From assembly GCA_038243585.1 (NCBI GenBank), contig JBBSQY010000059.1, positions 1-19,465 of the forward strand: 19,465 bases of DNA, given 5' to 3'. Of this stretch, positions 1 to 11,157 are shown piece after piece (the stretch's first letter is position 1; each line of letters starts with the position of its first letter). This DNA comes from Candidatus Sumerlaeales bacterium. Its GTDB lineage: Bacteria > Sumerlaeota > Sumerlaeia > Sumerlaeales > Sumerlaeaceae. The position numbers and the translations under genes were made by a program. The notes under the pieces were generated by a model. That model did no database searches, was not told the DNA's origin, and worked only from the letters and a program-made list of their open reading frames with translations.

Positions 1-69
1 AGCGGTACGCATTGGTTTATTAATTTTTGCGCGGGCCTCTTAGTTTTCTTCTGGTTATTACCATATTAT

Positions 70-103
70 AAAAGCGGTGCCGGCTTGCGCCTGCACCGCT
101 TTT
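70..103 (-). terminator. Intrinsic terminator downstream of the giant protein gene (possibly bidirectional)
   Basis: Minus strand reads AAAAGCGGTGC-A-GGC-GCAA-GCC-G-GCACCGCTTTT: GC-rich stem, GCAA tetraloop and T-tracts on both strands, about 20 nt after the stop at 125. Confidence 0.8.
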
Positions 104-124
104 CGTTTTTCTGGTTTGCTTAGT

Positions 125-3100
125 TTACTCGTAGAGTTCCCAACCGGTGTCGACTGCGGTTTCGGGGATTGATACGTCATTAGTCACACGGAACATTGAC
201 TGGCTGCCGAAGGCAGACCGGCCATCAGGATTGGTGACGGTAACGATCCGGGAACCCAGTTCAGCGTCTGGTGCAATTGATATCTGCACTTTCAGCTTTT
301 TCCCGTCGGCGCTGGCCGGCATTACTCTTACAACCGTGATACCGTCGCCAAAGTCTACTGTGGGCATTCCGGCAAAGTACTGGCCGTTGAGTTCCACCAT
401 CAGCGACTGAGCCGGCGCGGCTGCAGGCGGCATAACGGACCGTAGTATTGGTGCTCCCACGGGTCGATAGGTCAGGATATTCGGATTGATAAAGCGGAAG
501 TTCGCCGGATTGGTCATGTTCACCAAGATATTGTTAAACCAACCAACAGCATCTACGCCTTCGCCGCGCTCACGTCCAAGCTGGGCAATGACCATATCCA
601 GATCGCCATCGCGGTCAATATCAGCAAGCTTGATGGCTCTGGCATTACCTGGCACGCTGCGCGATTCGTTTGTATAAGCAAACTGCACTTTAAGAACTGG
701 CAGTTCACCGCGGCTGGACTGAACCGTGTTGCTTGTCAGCAGGTCATTACCGCTGGCGTCCACAAAGAACCCGGGCTGAAGTCCCTCGGACTGCGGCGTT
801 GTGTTCATGTACAGACCAACAGGAATCTTGGCAGCCGGCGCATCGGGTCCCAAAGCCGAATCCGTGGTTTGGGTATCCAGGGCGAGGACGAGATCAATCA
901 AACCATCATTGTTGAGATCGCCTGCGTCGCCGCCATAAGCCGGGAAGTTCGTATTAATTGGGAAACGGTTAGCCGTTTCATTGACGAAAACACCAGCCCC
1001 AATTCCAGATCCGCCACGGTTTGCCAGAAAAGCGTGAGGCAGGCCGATACGACCTGAGGTAATAAACAGATCCATGTTGAGGTCGCGGGTACCGTTACCA
1101 TTGGCGTCAGTGAAGCCGACAATCCCATTGTCGTTCAGGTCCTCCGTCTCTTCGATCAGGAGATAGGAACCGCCGGATGTCTTTGTAGAGTTTCCGTTGA
1201 TATCTTCTCCGGATTCTCCGCGGTTAGTGAAGTCGGCAACGATAACGCCTTCATAGACTCCGGGGAGGTTAATCATAGGCCACACGGCGGGATCGGTCAC
1301 TTCTACAAAGTTATCAGATCCTTGTGTCTTCTGGTTCAGAAGCAGGCGACAGTTGTGGTAGAAATTCGGTGACTGTTCGCCTATGCCCGTGCTGCGGTTT
1401 ACAAATACGAGGTCCAGATCGCCGTCGTTGTCCGCATCAAAAAGCGCGGAATCAACCGTATCGTCGTATTTTGCTGCGCCAAGCCATTGAGCTGAAGCGT
1501 CTACAAAATACCCCCATTCTCCGGCCACGTTTATGTTAATCAGGACCACATTAGGAGCACCGTTGGTGCTGTCGGCGTTGCCAAGTACAATGTCCGGGTG
1601 ACCATCGAGATTAATATCGCCAACGGCTACCGTTCGGGCGTTTGCCTGTTCGGGTGATAGCAATGGAATACGATCCGGAGATTCATAAAAGGCTCCGTCT
1701 CCCGCAGCGTTATCATCCGGTTGAGAATTCAATGGAGTGCCAAATAATGGATCCAGCGTGAAAGCTTCATTATCTTCATCGTTGTTTATGTATAAACGAT
1801 GCTGAAACGGCAGAGTTGGAAAGATTGGATCCGGAACAGCGCCGTTGACGGCATAGAAGATATCAGCAGACCCATCACCATTAAAGTCAACGAATGCGAC
1901 ATCTGCGGCCGTAAATGCGCGGGTTGAGAAGATTGAGAAACCCATTTCAGATTGAACCGCAGGCGCGCCGAAGCTGGATCCAACCGGCGTAAAGACTTTT
2001 TCGCCCTTATTATTTACTCTCTGATTGTTCTTATAAAGAACCTGGAATTCGCCCACTGGATTAAACAATCCGCCGTTTGCAAACGTCAGGTCAAGATCGC
2101 CGTCACTGTTAAAATCGGCCAGAGCCACGCCGAGCGATCCATTGGCGATTCGTCCGTAGGATGGATTTAGAAGCGACGTGAATGTTCCGCTGAGATAAGG
2201 GGCGATAAGGTCAAAGGTCTGATCGATGAACAATGGCAGATCTTGCTGATTTGCTTCTGTGATAACATTTCCAGGAACTGTCGGCCCAATGCCGGCTGTT
2301 CTCAGATTATTCCGGTAAAGAGTCAGGGCCTGCCCTGAATTTCCCGTCACAAAATCGATGTCGCCGTCCAAGTCAAAGTCATCCGCTGCGACTGTACGGG
2401 CAAAGTGCGGAACTTCATTAGTTACATACGGCAGAAGGCTTGCATGTTGAACGGCCCAATTGACCTGCGTTTGACCGGGCCCCACATCGGTGTTCAGGTG
2501 GAGAGCGTTAAAGCCTGGAGGAAGGCCTGTTTGTTCGACACTCGCGGTCACATTAGTGTCATAGGCAACCACCATATCCGGCAGTCCGTCAAGATTGAAG
2601 TCTTCTGTTACAGCAGCGCGAGGTCGTCCAAAGGCTTGCTGGTTGACAAGGTTGACTCTGTATCGGGTGTTCGTATTGTAAGCAAACGGACGCCCAGTAA
2701 TAACTTCTTCCATGTCGTTTCCGGTTAACTGCGAGGAGGGGGCATTGAAGTTGCCTAACATTCCCCGCCGCACTTCCTGCGTGTTTCGGCTATCATCACT
2801 GCCGTGCATGATGCTTGCATCGCCGGCGTTGAAAACCATCATTTCCGGGACCGCAGAATAATCTGTGTCAAAAACGAGCCCAGCTACGGTGTCATCCTTA
2901 ATATTCTCGATCTGGTCGAACTCGGGGGACGCCGTAATATCTCCGGGAATTCCGTCTGGAAGACCCAGCCAAAGTGGTCTGGATACGGTGGTTACCCCGT
3001 TAAACTCACGGGTCGAATAGTATGTTTCTGTACCATAGGTGATGTTGCCAAATACCCCGTCAGCAATGCTATCAAAGTTTACATCAACATTGCTGTAGAC

Positions 3101-6100
3101 CATCTCACTACCGTCCCACTGATTGTTGGGTACAAGGTTGTTCTCCAGATCAAAAACATAGATACTTAAAGCATTGCTTGGTCCCCAGTAGGTCGGTGCC
3201 AATTTTATATCCTGCGTGTTACTGAAATCTATAGATGTCGGAAACACCGGATTAGAATCCCACTCTGGCTTTAGCGGTGGCATGCGATCCTGATCGAATC
3301 CGAACACGCCGTCATTTCCGAGAGTCTCATCACGAAACTTAGTAAGGGTAGTGAAAGTTTCCAACCTATTCATATTGGCGGGCATACGTGTTGTGTTGAT
3401 AAGAACTCGCTCGCTGAACCGGGGGAGAAGATTTCCGGTGGCGGTAGTCACGTTATCCCCGTCAGGGCGAAGAGTTCCGGTTGTCTCGAGATCAAAGAAG
3501 GTATTGGCGTTTCCTATGATGATATCCAGATCGCCGTCCAGATCAATATCTCCGAATTCGGCGGAAGTGGATCGGTCAAATGAGAAAAAGTCATAAGGAA
3601 CCATGGCGCCCGTATTAAGGATTCCCGGATCCCACTCCATTGTGACGTCCACGAAGAATCCGTCTCCAAAACCGTCGGTGTCTGGCGTAGGGTTTTCTAT
3701 CCCATCAACGTCATCGTTCCGGTAGAAGAAATTTTGATAACCTTCTCCAGTGAAACCTGGCGAAGCGAAATTCGTAATAAACATGTCAAGATCGCCGTCG
3801 TTGTCGAAATCAGCCAAGAGGATTTTGGAGCTCGAAACCTGATGATACGGCATACGGTCATCCAATGTGTTGGCGATACCGTCTTTACCGAAGCTCAGGT
3901 CGATGAACTTGCGTCCGCCCTGGGGCTCAAACTCCGTGGGTGCGGCCGGCACGTTCATATACAAGCGGTTCACCGATGCGGCGCCTGATCCGCCCAACTC
4001 CGCGCTGGTGGCCACGGCAAGATCGGGATAGCCATCATTGTCGACATCACCGAAAGTAACACCCAATGCGAACAATGGCGTCACGGGCACGCCGTCTTTA
4101 CGATCAGGTCCCGGTGATGCAGGGGAAATGTCTGTAAATGTCACGAAATCCTGATCGCACGCGTTGCCGATTCCATCTCCGTCGGAGTCGAACTGATCCG
4201 GGTTCGGGATATCTACGCAGTTGTCCAGTATGTTTGGAATACCGTCGTCGTCCCGATCAAAGTTGCCTTCGCAAACGTCGCCAACGCCGTTGCCGTCGGT
4301 GTCGGTCTGGTCAGGGTTTGGAACATTGATGCAGTTGTCCACTCCGTCTAGAATGCCATCGCCGTCGATGTCTCCGTCTACGCCGGGTCCAGGTCCTCCG
4401 CCAGTGCCGATAAGGCCGCCGGGAGCGCCGGTATTCGTGAGAATATCAATTCCGCTGGTAATACTATTTTCATTCACGCGGACTGGAGTGTAGACGTTGG
4501 GATCATCTTCACCGGGTTGAGTACCGGTAAGGAAAGGCACAGGACCATCCCGTCCAGGCTCTTGAAACAGAAAACCGATGTCAGTACTAAAGGTGACGAT
4601 CTCACCAGGTTGCAGCAGGCGCGGATCAAATTGTACTGCGTAGCAGCCATCCGTCAGGCGCATACCGGAGTCGGTCTCATAGTTAAAGAATTTGGGCTGA
4701 GGAAATCCGATCTGGTGCATTTGGAAATAGTTACCAAACTGGAGCTTATCCGGCATGGTTACTCCGGTTAGAGGGTTGTTCAGCGTAGCCAGGCCAGAAT
4801 AGTTTGCGAACTTTCCGGTGCCGAAAGTAAAAGTGTTCGGAATATCCGCGCCGGTTAAAGTGGTCTCATTGGATATTTCGCCTTCGTTCGGAAGAAGGAA
4901 TTTTGTCTGCCCGTCCTGTCCGGTGTAGGTGCGAACGAGGTATCGCAGTCCTGCTTCAAGAGGTTGGGTTGTCACGTTTTGCATACGAACCGTCAGGAGA
5001 AGGTCCGACTGCGGGCCGCTGCTCTGGAAATCGAAGGAACGGTATCTGCCAAGGCGCAACGTCTCTGTTGCAACAACATCATTGTTTATATTAAAGCTTC
5101 CAGCCACAACGTTGTTGAGATCATCCTCGGCGATTACGCTGGAGATAAAGTTGGATGTCTCGGTGTTTATGACATCCTGCGGGAAGCCGTTTTTGACGAC
5201 GCGGTAGGTGATATAAGATTCTGTCGGAGGCGCACTGGTACGCTCCACGAGGGTCGTGGTGGTTGCGGGAAAATGCAGACCAAATTGTCCGGATGGATTG
5301 TAGGTGGCGACCAGGTAATTATCCTGAATCCTGCCGTCGTTCGGCGTGTTCGGATCGGGCACGTTTGTGGATCCCGGCTGTAAAAACGGGACGGAGCCGC
5401 CATAGAATTCCGGCGGAACAGTTGCCGCGTCGGCGAGGAAAAATCCGGTTACTTCATCTACTCCGAAACCAGGCCGGATGTAAACGGCGTAATCATTCGG
5501 CGGAAGATTTGGCCCGTAACCGATATTTAGGTCCTTATCGGAAGCCGGCAGACCAGGCAGAAAGTAACGATTGTCGTTAAACGCATTAGAGTTAATGTTT
5601 CCAATATTGAATTTGGGGCTGTTAAACACTACGCTGGCGAGACGAATTTTTCTGGTAAGGCTTGTGGTTTCGTCAGTACCAAACACGTCATCCGCCAAAT
5701 CATACGGATCATCCGTGGGACGGCCCACGAATACAGGGGTATTCATGACCTCTTCTACCAAAGGCGTTGGATCAGGTATGCCGTCAACAGCGGCACCATT
5801 AATGATTTTGCCTTCGATTGCGCCTTTACCCAGGCGATTGAAAACCTTTTGATATGTCATTTGGAGAGAAATACGATCGTCAAAATCCAGCTCGCGTCCG
5901 AGGAATGGATCTTCCTGTATGACGGGAGCCATAGTTGGATAAATAAGCTGTGAGTGGGTCAGGCTTGCGCAGTGGCCCATTTCGTGGAGTAGAATTGCCT
6001 GAACGTCAAACTGGAAAGCGTAATCGGATCGGCGTTCACCAGGGGGCAGATCATCCACAGCTTCGGGCTGGACCCATTGTATAACAAGGTTGTTAAAAAC

Positions 6101-6865
6101 AATATCGGCATCGAGTATGTCTCCGGCGTCGTACTTGCCCAGCGGCAAAGGTCCAAAAGCAAGGGTATTGGACGTAATGGTAAACTCCTGGCCAGTGGCG
6201 CCAGTCTCAATGTAAGGCGGAAATGTCGTCTGATCTGACAGGTCGATATCACGGTTGAAGTAGGAGAATACCGCTACAGCAAGAGGGCCATCGCCCAGGC
6301 CATCGAAGCCAAGTCCAAATTTTGGGTTAAAGAATATAACGTTGTGCAAATCTACTTCGGCGCCCTCAGGACCTAAAGGACGCTCAGGATTTTGCCCGGC
6401 GAACTGGTCGCTGTAAGTGATTTGTGGGGAGAACTGGAAATTGCTGCCAGCCTCGTTCCAGCCAGTGGGTCCGTCCATATTGTCCCCGGTTACGACTTCC
6501 AGAAGTGCTTGCCGCACCTCGTCGTCGGTCACGGGGCCAAACGATCCGAAGTTCATAAAGGGCGGAATGATTCGCTGGTTAAAATTATTAGTATCAGCCG
6601 GTTCCCGGTAAAGCGTCCAAGACGGTGGACGGAACTGATCCGCCCACTTAATCTTAGTGGCGACAAGTTTATCGTCGGTGGAAGTGTTTGCTCGGGCACC
6701 GGCATCTTCCCTAAGGAAACGGAAGTAGCCTGCTCCGAAGATATTGGGCAAGGTACAGGCTACGGCCAGTACCAGGGTTCCGCGCCGAATTAATCCCGCT
6801 TTAGATACGCTTTTAAATGATTTCATCAAATCCACCTGATTAAGCCGCTGTGTCAAACTTTTCAT
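125..6865 (-). CDS. Giant secreted multidomain protein: matrixin/metzincin-like Zn-peptidase domain, thrombospondin type-3 repeats, FG-GAP/VCBS repeats, C-terminal IPT/TIG-like Ig domain
   Basis: 2246-aa ORF with an N-terminal signal-like segment. [11 protein letters not shown] plus Met-turn PTMAP at nt ~5925-5986. TSP3 repeats ([24 protein letters not shown]) at ~4150-4372. Many GD/AD-x-D/N-x-DG-x-x-D FG-GAP motifs. C-terminal beta-rich domain. The true start may be ATG 6826 (AGGTGG RBS). Confidence 0.9.
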   Translation of the reverse strand: MKSLTQRLNQVDLMKSFKSVSKAGLIRRGTLVLAVACTLPNIFGAGYFRFLREDAGARANTSTDDKLVATKIKWADQFRPPSWTLYREPADTNNFNQRIIPPFMNFGSFGPVTDDEVRQALLEVVTGDNMDGPTGWNEAGSNFQFSPQITYSDQFAGQNPERPLGPEGAEVDLHNVIFFNPKFGLGFDGLGDGPLAVAVFSYFNRDIDLSDQTTFPPYIETGATGQEFTITSNTLAFGPLPLGKYDAGDILDADIVFNNLVIQWVQPEAVDDLPPGERRSDYAFQFDVQAILLHEMGHCASLTHSQLIYPTMAPVIQEDPFLGRELDFDDRISLQMTYQKVFNRLGKGAIEGKIINGAAVDGIPDPTPLVEEVMNTPVFVGRPTDDPYDLADDVFGTDETTSLTRKIRLASVVFNSPKFNIGNINSNAFNDNRYFLPGLPASDKDLNIGYGPNLPPNDYAVYIRPGFGVDEVTGFFLADAATVPPEFYGGSVPFLQPGSTNVPDPNTPNDGRIQDNYLVATYNPSGQFGLHFPATTTTLVERTSAPPTESYITYRVVKNGFPQDVINTETSNFISSVIAEDDLNNVVAGSFNINNDVVATETLRLGRYRSFDFQSSGPQSDLLLTVRMQNVTTQPLEAGLRYLVRTYTGQDGQTKFLLPNEGEISNETTLTGADIPNTFTFGTGKFANYSGLATLNNPLTGVTMPDKLQFGNYFQMHQIGFPQPKFFNYETDSGMRLTDGCYAVQFDPRLLQPGEIVTFSTDIGFLFQEPGRDGPVPFLTGTQPGEDDPNVYTPVRVNENSITSGIDILTNTGAPGGLIGTGGGPGPGVDGDIDGDGILDGVDNCINVPNPDQTDTDGNGVGDVCEGNFDRDDDGIPNILDNCVDIPNPDQFDSDGDGIGNACDQDFVTFTDISPASPGPDRKDGVPVTPLFALGVTFGDVDNDGYPDLAVATSAELGGSGAASVNRLYMNVPAAPTEFEPQGGRKFIDLSFGKDGIANTLDDRMPYHQVSSSKILLADFDNDGDLDMFITNFASPGFTGEGYQNFFYRNDDVDGIENPTPDTDGFGDGFFVDVTMEWDPGILNTGAMVPYDFFSFDRSTSAEFGDIDLDGDLDIIIGNANTFFDLETTGTLRPDGDNVTTATGNLLPRFSERVLINTTRMPANMNRLETFTTLTKFRDETLGNDGVFGFDQDRMPPLKPEWDSNPVFPTSIDFSNTQDIKLAPTYWGPSNALSIYVFDLENNLVPNNQWDGSEMVYSNVDVNFDSIADGVFGNITYGTETYYSTREFNGVTTVSRPLWLGLPDGIPGDITASPEFDQIENIKDDTVAGLVFDTDYSAVPEMMVFNAGDASIMHGSDDSRNTQEVRRGMLGNFNAPSSQLTGNDMEEVITGRPFAYNTNTRYRVNLVNQQAFGRPRAAVTEDFNLDGLPDMVVAYDTNVTASVEQTGLPPGFNALHLNTDVGPGQTQVNWAVQHASLLPYVTNEVPHFARTVAADDFDLDGDIDFVTGNSGQALTLYRNNLRTAGIGPTVPGNVITEANQQDLPLFIDQTFDLIAPYLSGTFTSLLNPSYGRIANGSLGVALADFNSDGDLDLTFANGGLFNPVGEFQVLYKNNQRVNNKGEKVFTPVGSSFGAPAVQSEMGFSIFSTRAFTAADVAFVDFNGDGSADIFYAVNGAVPDPIFPTLPFQHRLYINNDEDNEAFTLDPLFGTPLNSQPDDNAAGDGAFYESPDRIPLLSPEQANARTVAVGDINLDGHPDIVLGNADSTNGAPNVVLININVAGEWGYFVDASAQWLGAAKYDDTVDSALFDADNDGDLDLVFVNRSTGIGEQSPNFYHNCRLLLNQKTQGSDNFVEVTDPAVWPMINLPGVYEGVIVADFTNRGESGEDINGNSTKTSGGSYLLIEETEDLNDNGIVGFTDANGNGTRDLNMDLFITSGRIGLPHAFLANRGGSGIGAGVFVNETANRFPINTNFPAYGGDAGDLNNDGLIDLVLALDTQTTDSALGPDAPAAKIPVGLYMNTTPQSEGLQPGFFVDASGNDLLTSNTVQSSRGELPVLKVQFAYTNESRSVPGNARAIKLADIDRDGDLDMVIAQLGRERGEGVDAVGWFNNILVNMTNPANFRFINPNILTYRPVGAPILRSVMPPAAAPAQSLMVELNGQYFAGMPTVDFGDGITVVRVMPASADGKKLKVQISIAPDAELGSRIVTVTNPDGRSAFGSQSMFRVTNDVSIPETAVDTGWELYE

Positions 6866-6867
6866 AT

Positions 6868-7707
6868 TTAATTACCGGAACTCATGATGGACTGAACCTG
6901 CGCTTTGAACTCGTCGAAGTCCTGAACGGGAAGGGCTTTACCACCGGCGCGAATTTCCTTCAAAGCTGCCGCCTTCTGGGCATTCCGTTCTACTTTGATC
7001 TTTTTGCCGTCGCTGCCTGTAAATTCCAGCGGGTCTTTTGACCGGGTATCAGCGGCAATATCTTTTGGCCGAACAATCGGCTGGTTCACAGTTGGAATAC
7101 TGCCCTGAGCCATAGCTTTCATTACCTGACGCATCTCATCAGAGCCGTTGGTGACACCAAAGTTTTCCAGATTCACCCGAGTTACAAATTTTTTCCCGTC
7201 CTGGTCCCGCGTGACTACGCTAAACCGCCCCTGGTTCCAGCCCATAACTTTAAAAGTATTGCCCAGGTTGCTTTTTGCAGACGGGGTCGATCTCGATGAT
7301 TTTGGTTCTTCCGGCTGCTCCCCGGAGCCCTTCTGGAGAAACAGGAATACTTCTTCGCCCTTAAAGAGATAGGGCGATCCCATAACGTATTGGGTCAGCG
7401 GTGGCTCTTGCAGCACCCCGCCCGCGAGGGTGAAAGTGAACGTTTTCCCGGGGCTTATTTCGCTGTTTGACTTTAGACTGTCGTGCACCTGCACCTGATA
7501 ATCGGTCTCAAAATGTCCGCCAACAATCTTCGCTTCCTCACTTATGACGTTGCCGACGACGATCTCGTCCGCCTCCTTAGTCATTTGTTCGAGGGAAATA
7601 GCCGGAACGGTGGTGGAGAAGGAGTACCCCGAGACGGCAATAGCGGCGGCCATTGCGCAAGAAAGCACCCGGGCCATCGGCAAATTAGCAAATACTGAAG
7701 GTTTCAT
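6868..7707 (-). CDS. Secreted hypothetical protein with a TIMP/NTR-like (OB-fold) domain of the type found with bacterial matrixin-like proteases
   Basis: 279-aa ORF with AGAGGA RBS and signal peptide. Pattern [17 protein letters not shown]...V.V.DSLK...LAGG...[15 protein letters not shown]. Stop lies 2 nt before the giant gene's first ATG. The fold call is from motif recall. Confidence 0.7.
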   Translation of the reverse strand: MKPSVFANLPMARVLSCAMAAAIAVSGYSFSTTVPAISLEQMTKEADEIVVGNVISEEAKIVGGHFETDYQVQVHDSLKSNSEISPGKTFTFTLAGGVLQEPPLTQYVMGSPYLFKGEEVFLFLQKGSGEQPEEPKSSRSTPSAKSNLGNTFKVMGWNQGRFSVVTRDQDGKKFVTRVNLENFGVTNGSDEMRQVMKAMAQGSIPTVNQPIVRPKDIAADTRSKDPLEFTGSDGKKIKVERNAQKAAALKEIRAGGKALPVQDFDEFKAQVQSIMSSGN

Positions 7708-7776
7708 ATAAAGTTCCTCTTTGGGCAGGCTTACGGTTATCTGTGTAGCGTTAAGTTTAACGATTTCAATTTGTTT

Positions 7777-8457
7777 CTATATATCTTTTTGTCCGAGGTC
7801 GTCAGAAAAACGGTAGACGTTCCCGGCACTTGTTGTTCCGTTGGTGGGGTCGTAGAACCATTTGTTCGTGTTGCGTAAATATGCTGGTTCCACGGGATAT
7901 GTGGAGTTTGCGGCGTTGATCCCCGTGTACTGGTCTGGACCAACGGACAAAAAACAATAGCCACTCAGGCTCATGCCGTTGGCGATGATGGGGTGCTTGC
8001 CAACTCTGCGCAGGGTTAATACCTGAACTGGGTCCCAGTAATCCAGAGCTGTCGAAATGCCGGGTATCCCGTCTGAAATGAGCTGTTGAACCGGCAGATT
8101 AAAGACATCCCGGGGCAGCGATGAGAGATAAGAGAGCGGGGTGGTAATGCCTCGCAATCCGACTCGCGCATCCGGAGCAGCCGGGTCAAAAACTTTTGTA
8201 TCGCCAAGGGGATAAGGAAGTGCGGGTTTGGGCGGGTCACCCTGCCAGTCTCCGTTACGAGTAATCACTTTGTTATTGTCTACGCGATATAGCTCTACGG
8301 CAGTCTGCATGGTTCGCATATCCGCCATGACTCTCGCCACTTTTGCGCGGGTCTGAGCTTCGAGGAAATTAGGCACAGCGATTGCGGCTAATATCGCGAT
8401 GATAGCCACCACGATAAGAAGTTCAATAAGGGTAAAGGCGCGCACTGGATTAATCAC
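7777..8457 (-). CDS. Type II secretion/type IV pilin-like pseudopilin (prepilin N-terminal methylation domain, GspG-like)
   Basis: RA|FTLIELLIVVAIIAILAAIAVPNF class III signal with Glu+5. C-terminal SVGPD...YDPTNG..S.GN motif. GTG 8457 gives a typical short leader (MINPVRA); the ORF track extends to TTG 8499. Confidence 0.9.
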   Translation of the reverse strand: MINPVRAFTLIELLIVVAIIAILAAIAVPNFLEAQTRAKVARVMADMRTMQTAVELYRVDNNKVITRNGDWQGDPPKPALPYPLGDTKVFDPAAPDARVGLRGITTPLSYLSSLPRDVFNLPVQQLISDGIPGISTALDYWDPVQVLTLRRVGKHPIIANGMSLSGYCFLSVGPDQYTGINAANSTYPVEPAYLRNTNKWFYDPTNGTTSAGNVYRFSDDLGQKDI

Positions 8458-8563
8458 AACGGTGCAACCCACGGGTCTGCATAGGGGTTCGTCAAGCAAA
8501 AGCCGTACAAACTCATTTTAATCGATATCATGACTCCCCATTACCTCCCGCCGAGTGCGAGTT

Positions 8564-8615
8564 GTTTGATAAATCAAACGTTCTATATTATAGGACCGAT
8601 TTCGTAAACTGGCCA
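8564..8615 (-). promoter_or_regulatory. Putative sigma70-type promoter with downstream operator-like palindrome
   Basis: Minus strand TGGCCA (8615-8610), 17-nt spacer, TATAAT (8592-8587), then palindrome GTTTGAT-N2-ATCAAAC (8564-8579). Confidence 0.45.
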
Positions 8616-8661
8616 CCAACATTTTTAATTGTTTAAAAGTTTTCTCGCGCGGCGGCGATTG

Positions 8662-11112
8662 TCAATAGGGAACGAATGCGGGTATGTCGGGTCTTTTTGG
8701 GGTGACGGCAAGCCATTCGTAGGTCATCAACCGCTCGTCGATGTCGTTTCTAACGCAAAAGGCGAATTCGTTCGCGCCGTTGCTCCACCCGGAGTTGGCG
8801 GGATCGATCCATATTTCGCGGTAGGCCAGGTAACGCCATAGTTTTGCCCATTCCTGCCTGGCGAGTTTGTAGCGGTCGGCATTGATGCCTGTATCCCGGC
8901 TTTCGAGGGGTGTCAGAAGCAGGTAAAGATCAGCCATAGCTGAGATGTCCAGCATTTCCGGCTCCCACCATTCGCGGACTTTCATTCGTCGGATGCTGTA
9001 GTTGTCGCGGAGGTTGGGCACGCCTGCCATCTGCCAGTCGACCATCACAACCGGACGGGTTGTGTTTTCGGCGGATTCTCCAACGGGGGCGATTATATTG
9101 TTGTAGTCGCGCAAATACCAATGGAGCGGCCAACCCATCTCTCCCTGCATCAGCACGGGGAGCTTGTTACCGAAATTGGTGGTTTGGGCGATGTTGTCTA
9201 TCATTGCGGCGGCTTCGTTAATGTCTGGGGATGTGTGATTATAGACGAGCCGCTCGGCGGGGCTCCATGGGTGGACGAACAGCAGCAGATGGTTGTTTCG
9301 AACCTGGTAGAGTACAGCCGCGCAGGCGATAATTAAGAAAACGGTGCGGCGAAGTGATGTCGCACTGGCCTTTTGGCTTTGTTTGTCTCGAACAAACGCC
9401 GCACATGAGGAAGCCAGCCTTACCAGCTCGGTGCCTGCCAGTAGTGCCAGTGGTCCGACCGTATGCACGGTCAGCCAAGGCACCTTTTCGCCGGCGTAGC
9501 TATAGGCGAACAGGCTGGTGACGCCCCAATAGGTGATGAACGATTCGGCGCGGCGGCCCTGGCGGAACAGCATGGGAGAGATGTAGACCAGCAATTGCGC
9601 GTAGAACATTATCAGGAACAGGTGGAGAGGATGGGTCAGGTGGAACAGCTTGTCCATCTTTTCCCAGTCGATAGGGGGAATGACCCAGATCAGCAGGCCG
9701 AGCAGGGCGTGCATGGCCAGCAGGAGGGCGGAGTGGAGCCACGGACGACGGGTGTTTTTTAGTGCGCGGAGCCAGCCCAGCAGGGCCAGGCCGATGATTG
9801 GCAACTCGTACAGGAGCAAAATGGGCAAATAATAGTGGAAAGGGCCCTTGATGCGGTGGAGCTTGTGCTGATCCCACCAGTAATCCCAGGTGTTTTTGTA
9901 TATCTGCACCGGAGTGAGGGCCATTTCCGGGCCTTTAAAATCGCGGAGCTGATGGTCGAAGCTGACGGCTTTGGTGTTGGTGAAGAGGGTGGTAAAGATG
10001 GCGGTGTAGATGATGACGGCGACGGCGATGGCGGCGACGGCGTGCCAGCGATTGAGCCAGACGACGCGGCTGAACCAGCCGGCGATGCCGTAGCGTCCGC
10101 GGGGGCGGCGGATGTTTGACAGGACCAGGAGGCTGAGAAGGTAGGCGGTGACGAGGATGACAAATGCAATCATCCAGTTGGCGGCGCGGGGGGTTACGTC
10201 GAGTCCGGCTTTTGCGAGGAGCACCTGGATGGGCGTGTAGATGTGGAGGGTGGCGTAGAATATCCGGTGGAACAGCCAGCCGGCAGCGGCGGTGATTGTC
10301 AGGGCGACGAGGGCGCAGTAGAGGTAGTCGCTGGGGCGGAGGGTCTTTCTGGTGTCGGGCCATGAACCGGACCAGCGGCGCGTTTCGTCGCGGAGCCATC
10401 GTGGCCAGGTTTTTTCGTCTTCCTGTTTGCGATTCCGCCAGATGATCAGGTCTGCCAGCAACATAGTGGTTAAATAACCAATGCACGCGGCGAAGAAGAA
10501 GATGGAGCTTTCCATCATGCAGAACATGAGGGTTGCGCCCAGGATGGCTCCCCAAACGTATTTAGGGCGGGCGGTCTGCATGGCGCGAACCAGGCATAGC
10601 GCAGTCCACATGGTGGCGGTTAGGTATGGGACGTCGTTTCGTAGAAAGCGGGCGTAGAATGCGATGGATGGGGAGAGGGCGATGAGGCCGGTGACCGCTA
10701 CGGCCCCTGCTGCTCCGCCGAGATAGCGCCGCCAGCACCAGGCGACGGGGAACATCAACAGTCCGCCGAGCATGGATGGGATGCGCATCGTCCATTGATC
10801 ATCACCGAAGAGGAAAAAGAAGAATGCGCTCAGCCATTGAAGTACCGGCCCGTGAAGTATGGGCTGATAGTCGTAGCCGTTGCCGCGAAAAAGCCAGTAT
10901 CCATAGTAGGCGAACAGGCTTTCGTCGTGGTGCATGACCTTGGCTGACAGGCCCCAAAGGCGGGAGAACAGCACGTAGGTGATGAGCAGTGCCATCCAGG
11001 TGAAGGGGCTGCGAAGCGCGGCCCTTACTCTGGCAGGGGGGGTGTCCGGGGCCTCGGCCAAACGGAGGGGGCGAACTTCGCTGTATATCTTTTCGTCATT
11101 CATTGGGGGCAA
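8662..11112 (-). CDS. Polytopic membrane GT-C-like glycosyltransferase, TIGR03663/Agl23-like (PMT-related)
   Basis: 816 aa with many TM helices. Family-like motifs HHDESLFAYY...YQPILHGP, YARFLRND, GPFHYYL..L..YELP, YSYAGEKVPWL, and WPLHWYLRDY. The start may be ATG 11103. Confidence 0.8.
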   Translation of the reverse strand: MPPMNDEKIYSEVRPLRLAEAPDTPPARVRAALRSPFTWMALLITYVLFSRLWGLSAKVMHHDESLFAYYGYWLFRGNGYDYQPILHGPVLQWLSAFFFFLFGDDQWTMRIPSMLGGLLMFPVAWCWRRYLGGAAGAVAVTGLIALSPSIAFYARFLRNDVPYLTATMWTALCLVRAMQTARPKYVWGAILGATLMFCMMESSIFFFAACIGYLTTMLLADLIIWRNRKQEDEKTWPRWLRDETRRWSGSWPDTRKTLRPSDYLYCALVALTITAAAGWLFHRIFYATLHIYTPIQVLLAKAGLDVTPRAANWMIAFVILVTAYLLSLLVLSNIRRPRGRYGIAGWFSRVVWLNRWHAVAAIAVAVIIYTAIFTTLFTNTKAVSFDHQLRDFKGPEMALTPVQIYKNTWDYWWDQHKLHRIKGPFHYYLPILLLYELPIIGLALLGWLRALKNTRRPWLHSALLLAMHALLGLLIWVIPPIDWEKMDKLFHLTHPLHLFLIMFYAQLLVYISPMLFRQGRRAESFITYWGVTSLFAYSYAGEKVPWLTVHTVGPLALLAGTELVRLASSCAAFVRDKQSQKASATSLRRTVFLIIACAAVLYQVRNNHLLLFVHPWSPAERLVYNHTSPDINEAAAMIDNIAQTTNFGNKLPVLMQGEMGWPLHWYLRDYNNIIAPVGESAENTTRPVVMVDWQMAGVPNLRDNYSIRRMKVREWWEPEMLDISAMADLYLLLTPLESRDTGINADRYKLARQEWAKLWRYLAYREIWIDPANSGWSNGANEFAFCVRNDIDERLMTYEWLAVTPKRPDIPAFVPY

Positions 11113-11157
11113 TCCACCGCCGTGCTAAAGGGGTATTCGCAATGGAAAACCATACTT

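Noticed and set aside
1..12. Possible start (ATG at 12, minus strand) of the next gene
   Set aside because: Only four codons are visible, so it cannot be supported.
4150..4372. Repeated sequence considered as a CRISPR or DNA tandem repeat
   Set aside because: The similarity is protein-level TSP3 repeats within the CDS, with no identical DNA repeats or spacers.
6770..6800. Twin-arginine (RRGTL) Tat signal on the giant protein
   Set aside because: Poor match to S/T-R-R-x-F-L-K, and a ~240-kDa substrate is more plausibly Sec-exported.
8564..8579. FNR/CRP box
   Set aside because: The half-sites TTGAT/ATCAA are separated by 2 nt rather than the 4 nt FNR requires, so it is kept only as a generic palindrome.
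8930..10795. Several 60-206 aa alternative-frame ORFs
   Set aside because: They lie within the 816-aa membrane protein gene and are expected off-frame ORFs of GC-rich DNA.
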